Shown here: positions 14,701 to 20,561 of the stretch, piece after piece | Position numbering within the stretch: the first letter of the stretch is position 1 | How the letters are laid out: the number at the start of each line of letters is the position of its first letter | NCBI GenBank assembly: GCA_964491085.1 | Contig: CAZBFB010000057.1 | Span: forward strand, 1 to 26,066 | Length of the DNA: 26,066 nt | Direction: 5' to 3' | DNA from: an uncultured Gammaproteobacteria bacterium | GTDB taxonomy: Bacteria > Patescibacteriota > Patescibacteriia > CAZBFB01 | Program-made: the position numbers and the translations under genes | The notes under the pieces: generated by a model | The model's input: only the letters and a program-made list of their open reading frames with translations | Databases searched by the model: none | What the model was told of the DNA's origin: nothing

Positions 14701-14774
14701 GGCCACGTAGCCAAGTGGTTAGGCGTTGGTCTGCAAAACCAATTACGCCGGTTCAATTCCGACCGTGGCCTCCA
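14701..14774 (+). tRNA. tRNA-Cys (anticodon GCA), CCA encoded
   Basis: Acceptor GGCCACG/CGTGGCC, anticodon stem TTGGT/ACCAA with loop CTGCAAA, T arm GCCGG-TTCAATT-CCGAC (one C-A mismatch). It has the U73 discriminator and A13-A22 mismatch typical of tRNA-Cys, plus a 3' CCA. Confidence 0.9.
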
Positions 14775-14783
14775 TGACAATCA

Positions 14784-14816
14784 AAAACACGGCTTCTATG
14801 GCCGTGTTTTTATTTT
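14784..14816. terminator. bidirectional intrinsic terminator after tRNA-Cys
   Basis: AAAAACACGGC-TTCTAT-GCCGTGTTTTTATTTT has an A-run upstream and a T-run downstream, and lies between convergent units. Confidence 0.7.
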
Positions 14817-14828
14817 AAAAAATTATAT

Positions 14829-15386
14829 TCAATGCGTCCCGCCGCCGCCATTCATTTCACCGCGGCGGGCGTAGGACCAGGTATTTATGTTTTGGACCAC
14901 TTCGCGTGGTTGCGGTATTTGCTCCATTTTCAAATTCACCTCCGCCCCGGCGGTTTCTACTTGCACATCACCAAAATTAAATACTGTGTGTAGGAATCCG
15001 GACACGTCGGCAGTGACATTTTGGATCCGCTCGAGCCGATATTGCGTCACCACGCGCGAGAACAAACCGTTTTGGTTGATATCAATAATGCGATGACTGG
15101 TAATAATCCACACATCTAAATAATAATCCACCCAATCATAAAACCAAACGGCGACAATGGCTAAATAATATAAAGACGCGCCCAGCACCACCAACGCGCG
15201 ACCGATGGCGTCGCCCAGCAAATAATCCAAACCAAACCAGGTCAGCGCCAACCCGATGGCTGGTGGTAGCCAGGCGAGCACTAATAATTTAAGCAAGCGC
15301 CGACCGATCACCAGCCAATGATGCTTTAATACTGTAAAAATTTTTTCATCCGGCTCGAGCTTAAGCCAGGAATTACGAATCTTCAT
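14829..15386 (-). CDS. bacterial PH domain (bPH_2, YdbS/YdbT-like) membrane protein
   Basis: Two TM helices followed by ITSHRIIDINQNGLFSRVVTQYRLERIQNV..FGDVQVETAG. Confidence 0.75.
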   Translation of the reverse strand: MKIRNSWLKLEPDEKIFTVLKHHWLVIGRRLLKLLVLAWLPPAIGLALTWFGLDYLLGDAIGRALVVLGASLYYLAIVAVWFYDWVDYYLDVWIITSHRIIDINQNGLFSRVVTQYRLERIQNVTADVSGFLHTVFNFGDVQVETAGAEVNLKMEQIPQPREVVQNINTWSYARRGEMNGGGGTH

Positions 15387-15619
15387 AGCTTAGTATTTAT
15401 TTGTAGCCACGACTGCGACCAATCAACCGCGGGCAGGGCTTGTTGGGTAAAAAGTAATATAACGCACACTGCCAGCACTACCAAAATACTCATAATTACG
15501 GGAGCCGCCGTCAACGGTGAAAATTTAATCAAATGCCAAAAACTAGCCACCATAAAAATCACCAAACCAAAAACGAGAATGGCATAGGGAATGAAGAGGA
15601 AGGAGAGGGTGAGAGACAT
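15383..15619 (-). CDS. small integral membrane protein (2-3 TM), translationally coupled to the bPH_2 gene
   Basis: 78-aa hydrophobic ORF with an ATGA stop/start overlap with the downstream gene. Confidence 0.55.
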   Translation of the reverse strand: MSLTLSFLFIPYAILVFGLVIFMVASFWHLIKFSPLTAAPVIMSILVVLAVCVILLFTQQALPAVDWSQSWLQINTKL

Positions 15620-15649
15620 ATGAAATGCGTTTTGAAATTTTTGTTATTG

Positions 15650-15690
15650 CCTGAGCTTGTCGAAGGCCACTACCACTCCTTCGACCACTC
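15650..15690. repeat. inverted R2 copy plus a degenerate direct half-copy forming a hairpin
   Basis: CCTGAGCTTGTCGAAGG (15650-15666) and CCTTCGACCACTC (15678-15690). Confidence 0.6.
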
Positions 15691-15824
15691 ACCGCTGATA
15701 AGTTTTTCTTTCTTGACTCGAGTCCAACGCTGATCTGGCTTCCAAGTCATTCCCGTATAATAACTTTTGTCTTCACACTCCAAAATGTACACGTACCATT
15801 TCCAGGTCATACATTCTTAAATGC

Positions 15825-15848
15825 CCCTTCGACCAGCTCAGGGAATAA
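15825..15848 (+). repeat. R2 repeat copy, intergenic, next to the ruvB stop
   Basis: CCCTTCGACCAGCTCAGGGAATAA. Confidence 0.75.
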
Positions 15849-15854
15849 TACTAT

Positions 15855-16892
15855 CTATATGAGACGACTTTGTAAATCCGCCGGCGGTGTCAATCCCAAA
15901 TGTCGATATGCTTTCTCGGTGGCCACGCGGCCGCGGGCGGTACGCGCTAAAAATCCTTGTTGTAATAAAAACGGTTCGTATACATCTTCGATGGTTTGCA
16001 TTTCTTCGCTCGAGGCCGCGGCCAGCGCTTGCAGACCGGCCGGCCCGCCACCAAAACGATCAACTAATATCTGCAAAAGCGCGCGATCATGCGCATCCAA
16101 ACCGTGCCCGTCAATTTCCAGCAAGGCGAGCGCGGCCGTGGCTGTCGCGGCATCAATGATGCCATTCCCGCGCACCTGCGCAAAATCGCGTACGCGCTTA
16201 AGCAAACGATTAGCCACGCGCGGTGTGGCGCGAGCGCGCGTGGACAAAGCAACGCGCGCCGGCACTTCCAGCTGGGTTTGCAAAATAGCAGCCGAACGAT
16301 CTAAAATTTGTTCGATTTCAACCGGACCGTAAAAATCCAAATGCCACTGCACCCCAAACCGATCGCGTAATGGCGCGGACAACAAACTCACCCGGGTGGT
16401 GGCGCCGATCAAAGTGAAATGCGGTAGATCAAGGCGTAATGTTTTGGCGCTCGGCCCTTTACCTAAAACAATATCCAGCGCGTAGTCCTCCATGGCCGGA
16501 TACAATACTTCTTCAACTACCCGCGGCAGGCGGTGAATTTCATCAATAAATAAAATATCGTGATCTGCCAAATTAGTCAAAATCGCGGCCAGATCACCCG
16601 CGCGCTCCAGCGCCGGACCGGAAGTAATTCTGATTTGCACATTCATCTCACTGGCGATCACATTGGCTAGCGTGGTTTTACCCAAGCCCGGTGAGCCGTG
16701 CAACAAAATGTGTTCCATCGGCTCGCGGCGACTTTTAGCCGCGGCCATAAAAATCGCCAAGTGTTGCTTGATTTTTTCTTGGCCAATATAGTCGGCCAAA
16801 CGCCTCGGTCGCAGAGAGCGCTCAACCTGTTCTTCTCCCACCTCAACTTCCGCCGCGCTGACCCGTAATTCATCTTTTGGTTGATCCGACAT
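15855..16892 (-). CDS. ruvB: Holliday junction DNA helicase RuvB
   Basis: Walker [10 protein letters not shown], Walker [11 protein letters not shown], sensor regions, and a RuvB winged-helix C-terminus. Confidence 0.95.
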   Translation of the reverse strand: MSDQPKDELRVSAAEVEVGEEQVERSLRPRRLADYIGQEKIKQHLAIFMAAAKSRREPMEHILLHGSPGLGKTTLANVIASEMNVQIRITSGPALERAGDLAAILTNLADHDILFIDEIHRLPRVVEEVLYPAMEDYALDIVLGKGPSAKTLRLDLPHFTLIGATTRVSLLSAPLRDRFGVQWHLDFYGPVEIEQILDRSAAILQTQLEVPARVALSTRARATPRVANRLLKRVRDFAQVRGNGIIDAATATAALALLEIDGHGLDAHDRALLQILVDRFGGGPAGLQALAAASSEEMQTIEDVYEPFLLQQGFLARTARGRVATEKAYRHLGLTPPADLQSRLI

Positions 16893-16898
16893 GTCTAT

Positions 16899-16907
16899 AC
16901 GGTATCA
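16899..16907 (-). promoter_or_regulatory. extended -10-like box (TGaTACCGT) 6 nt upstream of the ruvB ATG; predicted leaderless
   Basis: The minus strand reads TGATACCGT-ATAGAC-ATG. The hexamer keeps the TAnnnT positions. Confidence 0.35.
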
Positions 16908-16981
16908 TTATTAAGTAAGACCAACAAGCATCCCCCGACTTTACTGAATTTACTGGATTTACTTTCCCATTTTTATCCCCC

Positions 16982-17011
16982 TTGACAGTGATTTGATGGG
17001 CATGATATGAT
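16982..17011 (+). promoter_or_regulatory. orphan plus-strand promoter TTGACA-N18 with extended -10 TGaTATGAT
   Basis: TTGACAGTGATTTGATGGGCATGATATGAT. No plus-strand ORF follows it. Confidence 0.55.
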
Positions 17012-17017
17012 GGAAGC

Positions 17018-17075
17018 AATCAATTAAAACCCTCGACTTTTCAAGTAAAGAAAGGCCGTCGAGGCTTTCTTTTTT
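17018..17075 (+). ncRNA. candidate small RNA (about 58 nt) from the orphan promoter to a hairpin plus T-run
   Basis: CCTCGAC (17031-17037) pairs with GTCGAGG (17058-17064) and is followed by CTTTCTTTTTT. An alternative GAAAG/CTTTC stem is possible. Confidence 0.35.
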
Positions 17076-17112
17076 ACTGTAAATCAAGGGTAAAACGCAT
17101 ATTCATACGAAT

Positions 17113-17226
17113 TTGAGGCCTCGAGAGACGACAAGCGTGGGCACTAGTTCGTAGGTAGCAGAGGGTTTTGGCTTCTCCTTTTCCTTCTCCTGTCCTCGTA
17201 CTATTACTCCTCTCTCGAGACCTCAA
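17113..17226. repeat. 114-nt imperfect inverted repeat enclosing a CU-rich tract (structured RNA or REP-like element)
   Basis: TTGAGGCCTCGAGAGA (17113-17128) pairs with TCTCTCGAGACCTCAA (17211-17226). The interior includes GCTTCTCCTTTTCCTTCTCCTGTCCTC. Confidence 0.5.
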
Positions 17227-17237
17227 GTGTCGTATCT

Positions 17238-17261
17238 AAAAACCGCTCATCGAGCGGTTTT
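17238..17261. terminator. bidirectional intrinsic terminator abutting the VanW-like stop codon
   Basis: AAAAACCGCTC-ATC-GAGCGGTTTTT. Confidence 0.75.
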
Positions 17262-19153
17262 TATGTGGCTGGCGATGACAATAATTCAGCTGCTGGCGGT
17301 TCACTCTCTGCCAAAGGCGGATCTGCCTTTGGCTGAAGTTTCTCTACTCCCACCAAACAAACGGCCTGCCACGGACGATAATAACTTTTGAATTCACGCT
17401 TGGTCTCACGGCCATCCGGATAAGTAACCACATAGTTAAACACCGCCCGCGCGCCCGGATGCGCCCGCTCGGTGCACTTTTGTTCACCCGGCTTTAAATC
17501 AAGTGTCTCAATATATTTTGTCGGCGGCGGATCGGTCTGATTGGTTACCACCGGAGTGGTTGTTTGAGCCACGCGCTCGTCTTTGGTGCCCCAAAATTCA
17601 ATAGTCAAAAAATCTCCTTCCACCCGTGCTTTCAATAAAATATGTTGCCCGGTGTCATTGCGAAAAGAAAAATCTGGCACGGGATCATAAATAGTCGCGT
17701 CCATACCAACTGGTGGTTCGTAATACGGCACGCGATAAGAATGATTTTGACGTGACATAATCGGCAAGCCGGCGTTGAGGGTGGCGCGGAATAATGTGGT
17801 GCCGATCTGACATAATCCCCCACCAACTTCCGGTATGGTTTGATTGCCTTTGATTACCAACTCCGCGCGATAACCGGCCTCTACTGTGAAGGGACGCAGC
17901 GCGGCCAGGGCCGAAAATATTTCATCCGGCGCCACGAGCAAACCGTTTAACTTATCAGCCCCCACCGCGATATTGTGCCGCCGATTGGTTGGGCTACCAG
18001 CAAAACTGGTTTTAGCGATGCCTATTAGTTCTTTGATGCCATATTCGGCGGCCACGGCAGAATAGGGCGGCTCGGTTATGGTCACAATCAGCGGCACGGT
18101 TGTTTTCGGCTGGGGATTGGTGCCGTTGGTAAGGCGCGTGATAGCCGCCATCACTTGCTGTTGCGAAGCGGGCAGATCAACCGCGCGACCAACCACTGGC
18201 AATTCAAACCGCACCGCTCGATTGCCTTCCAGTTCAAACTTGGCCGCCTGCGGATGGCGATTGACCGCTTTGACAATACCACTCCACCACGCGGACAGGG
18301 CTGACTGATCAACCACCAAACTAACATCCTCACCATTTTTTTCTGGATACAAGGCAGACACTGCCAACGCTGTGGGCAAACGCCACACTTGCGTATCGTC
18401 GGTTACACTAATCTCTTGACGCAATAACCGTTCAACTTGAGGTTTGGCTTGTACTAAAAGTAACGGGTCGCGCCGAGTATTTTTATCTCGTAACACCAAA
18501 GTAATTGGCTGATTAATACCGTGGGCTAAATTATTGGCCAAGGTGTCGATCGCTTGATCATAAGAAAACTCACGACCACTTGAGCCGTGCAGAACCACAA
18601 TCGCTTTATCCCGCAATTCATAACGCGGCTCTACCACCAAGGTTTCTTTATCCTCAAATTCCTGATGCAAAATTGCCGTCACTTCAGCCCGCCGCACACT
18701 TACGGGAATGGCCACATCAAATCGGCCAAGGTCGGCGTTGGTGTAGTCAGCCAAGCGTACCCACCACGGGCCGCGATGACCAACCAGCGCCGCGGCTTTA
18801 GCCGCGCCAACTATATCAAAACTTACCAATTCAATCGCCACATCAGTCCCAGACAAACCCACCAGAGTAGCTTTAACCGTGTAACTCTCACCATTAGCGG
18901 TAAACACAAAACCAGCGACGCGCCACTGCTCAACGCGTTGGCTCAATAACTCCTCGACTTCTTCTGGGGTTTTCCCCCCCACGGGCAGACCGGCCACATA
19001 AACACCAGATAAAATACGCTGGCTAGCTAGATCCACCCCAACCATTGCCAACAAACCGATAAAAACAAAAATGGCGACGATGGTCGTCGGCCGCTGTAAC
19101 CACTGTATAATTTTACGCCCTAGCGTATTAGACAGCATCATATTCCAGACCAC
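17261..19153 (-). CDS. VanW/YoaR-like family protein with N-terminal TM anchor
   Basis: VanW domain IPEVGGGLCQIGTTLFRATLNAGLPI..YRVPYYEPPVGMDATIY. The track start is a GTG; ATG alternatives are at 19141 and 19138. Confidence 0.85.
   Translation of the reverse strand: MVWNMMLSNTLGRKIIQWLQRPTTIVAIFVFIGLLAMVGVDLASQRILSGVYVAGLPVGGKTPEEVEELLSQRVEQWRVAGFVFTANGESYTVKATLVGLSGTDVAIELVSFDIVGAAKAAALVGHRGPWWVRLADYTNADLGRFDVAIPVSVRRAEVTAILHQEFEDKETLVVEPRYELRDKAIVVLHGSSGREFSYDQAIDTLANNLAHGINQPITLVLRDKNTRRDPLLLVQAKPQVERLLRQEISVTDDTQVWRLPTALAVSALYPEKNGEDVSLVVDQSALSAWWSGIVKAVNRHPQAAKFELEGNRAVRFELPVVGRAVDLPASQQQVMAAITRLTNGTNPQPKTTVPLIVTITEPPYSAVAAEYGIKELIGIAKTSFAGSPTNRRHNIAVGADKLNGLLVAPDEIFSALAALRPFTVEAGYRAELVIKGNQTIPEVGGGLCQIGTTLFRATLNAGLPIMSRQNHSYRVPYYEPPVGMDATIYDPVPDFSFRNDTGQHILLKARVEGDFLTIEFWGTKDERVAQTTTPVVTNQTDPPPTKYIETLDLKPGEQKCTERAHPGARAVFNYVVTYPDGRETKREFKSYYRPWQAVCLVGVEKLQPKADPPLAESEPPAAELLSSPAT
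17308..17338 (+). repeat. R5 repeat copy embedded in the 3' coding end of the VanW-like gene
   Basis: CTGCCAAAGGCGGATCTGCCTTTGGCTGAAG contains GCCAAAGGC/GCCTTTGGC as a 9-bp palindrome. On the minus strand it is translated as LQPKADPPLAE. Confidence 0.7.
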
Positions 19154-19265
19154 TCAACAAAATATTCAAGGCGGAATGATACTCGTTTTGATCCGACAGC
19201 GTCTCGGGCGGCGCGGTAGTGTTATGCGGATCTAACAAAGCTATTAATTCTTCATTGGTGTGCAT
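19128..19265 (-). CDS. candidate 45-aa small protein overlapping the VanW-like start
   Basis: Hand translation gives MHTNEELIALLDPHNTTAPPETLSDQNEYHSALNILLSGLEYDAV. Its stop overlaps the ATGATG start region of the downstream gene (coupling geometry). No SD is seen. Confidence 0.3.
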   Translation of the reverse strand: MHTNEELIALLDPHNTTAPPETLSDQNEYHSALNILLSGLEYDAV

Positions 19266-19273
19266 AGTATTTG

Positions 19274-19373
19274 TTCGTAAATTTCGTATCTGTTAATAGT
19301 TCGTACCCGTTAACCCCCTATGCTTCATCTGGGGCATAGAGTACTAACTACGAAATAGCATGAACGTTACGAA
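19274..19373. repeat. 100-bp imperfect palindrome with TTCGTA x3 / TACGAA x2 arms around a CTATGC/GCATAG hairpin
   Basis: TTCGTA occurs at 19274, 19283 and 19300. TACGAA occurs at 19349 and 19368. The central stem is 19318-19323 paired with 19333-19338. Confidence 0.55.
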
Positions 19374-19381
19374 ACTTTCAA

Positions 19382-19921
19382 TTAGTGTGCCAAACCAAAC
19401 GCGTCATCCCTGACCGACTTGTCCACGACCGGCACACGGAATGTACCCTCGGCTTTTAGTTTGGGCGCGGTGACTAACAAAATGCCATTTTTTAATTGCG
19501 CCGATACTTTAGCCGGATTGATTTCCGATGGTAGCACAATGGTACGGCTAAAACGACCCCAATGACATTCACTAGCCAAAAAATTTTGACCGGATTTCAA
19601 ATTTTGTTGGGCCCGCGCCCCAGCAATACCAACTGTGTCATTACTAACCATAATATCCAAATCATCGGGCTCAACCCCGGCAATCGCTGTGCGGATATAG
19701 TAGGTGGTAGCGTCGTGCCAGACATCCACTGCCAATTCACCCTCGCTTTCGGTTAGCGCCGGTAACACACCGGATTCTGACGCGGTTCGGGCGCTTGATT
19801 GACCGTGTTGTTGCACAATATTTAACCAATCCAAATCATCATCCGTAATTTCCTTCGCGTGGCCGCTACCAAAACGTTCAGCCAACGTGGCTATTTGTTG
19901 TCGAAATGCATTCGAGAGCAT
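19382..19921 (-). CDS. Hsp20/alpha-crystallin family small heat-shock protein
   Basis: Alpha-crystallin domain ELAVDVWHD..YYIRTAIAGV..GRFSRTIVLP..NGILLVTAPK. The start is placed at ATG 19919-19921, because the upstream part of the track ORF runs into the predicted terminator (19981-20008) of the upstream gene. Confidence 0.85.
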   Translation of the reverse strand: MLSNAFRQQIATLAERFGSGHAKEITDDDLDWLNIVQQHGQSSARTASESGVLPALTESEGELAVDVWHDATTYYIRTAIAGVEPDDLDIMVSNDTVGIAGARAQQNLKSGQNFLASECHWGRFSRTIVLPSEINPAKVSAQLKNGILLVTAPKLKAEGTFRVPVVDKSVRDDAFGLAH

Positions 19922-19927
19922 GTCTTC

Positions 19928-19936
19928 ACTATACCA
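19928..19936 (-). promoter_or_regulatory. extended -10 box (TGgTATAGT) 6 nt upstream of the hsp20 ATG; predicted leaderless
   Basis: The minus strand reads TGGTATAGT-GAAGAC-ATG. Confidence 0.5.
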
Positions 19937-19980
19937 TAAATCAACAAACGCCGCACGACTTATCCTCACCGTCTCCACCA

Positions 19981-20008
19981 AAACAAAAACCGGCCTCGCG
20001 ACCGGCTT
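19981..20008 (-). terminator. intrinsic terminator after the 6-TM protein gene
   Basis: On the minus strand, AAGCCGG-TCGCGAGG-CCGGTTT is followed by TTGTTT. Confidence 0.5.
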
Positions 20009-20020
20009 GATAACTCAATA

Positions 20021-20554
20021 TTATTTTGCCGAAATAAGCCGTCCGGATGTGACCCTGACAAAATAATTGACCAATACCGGAAGGCTAAACAAGATGGCGG
20101 AAAAAAACAGATCGCCGAACAGCATGTTGCGGAAAAACGGCAGGCCGAGGGTGTAGCTGGTCATGAGACCGGAGAATGTCTTGGCATACCAGGGCGTAGT
20201 GGCCCAAACTGCAAAATTAGTGATCAAGAAAAATAAAGTTGAACTCGCCACGGCCGCACCGGCGATCGCGAGCGGAGAACGACGCGCCCGCAAAACCAAA
20301 CCGAGTACGCCCACGAGCGCAAAACTACCATACACACTCGCCATCACCCACGGCTCATATCCACCCAACCAAATATCAGACAGCGCGAGTGCCGCGAGCG
20401 GCACCGCGACCGCCCAGGATCGCCGCGTCAAATACGCCCCGGCGAATAACGCCACGGCCCCGACAGCGGTCATGTTGGGCACATGAAGCCACAGGCGCGT
20501 GGTTACGGCGAGGATAATTAACATCAGGACGATAAGGGGTTGATGACGAGACAT
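20021..20554 (-). CDS. small 6-TM integral membrane protein (ECF S-component-like / DUF6580-like)
   Basis: 177 aa with six hydrophobic segments. Size and topology resemble vitamin-specific S components. The family assignment is from memory only. Confidence 0.7.
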   Translation of the reverse strand: MSRHQPLIVLMLIILAVTTRLWLHVPNMTAVGAVALFAGAYLTRRSWAVAVPLAALALSDIWLGGYEPWVMASVYGSFALVGVLGLVLRARRSPLAIAGAAVASSTLFFLITNFAVWATTPWYAKTFSGLMTSYTLGLPFFRNMLFGDLFFSAILFSLPVLVNYFVRVTSGRLISAK

Positions 20555-20561
20555 AAACTTA

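Noticed and set aside
14701-14774. Integrated prophage or genomic island at tRNA-Cys
   Set aside because: The GC-rich gene lies 5' of the tRNA, not 3'. There is no duplicated tRNA 3' segment, and no integrase, excisionase or phage genes in the window.
14409-14780. 123-aa minus-strand ORF
   Set aside because: It runs antisense straight through tRNA-Cys and the promoter region. It has no coding signature.
17113-17226. SRP RNA, 6S RNA, RNase P RNA or tmRNA in the ruvB/VanW spacer
   Set aside because: I could not find the conserved SRP domain IV sequence (GGAA tetraloop with ..GGAAGCAGC..), the RNase P GAGGAAAGUCC box, or a tRNA-like tmRNA end. The length is also wrong for RNase P or tmRNA.
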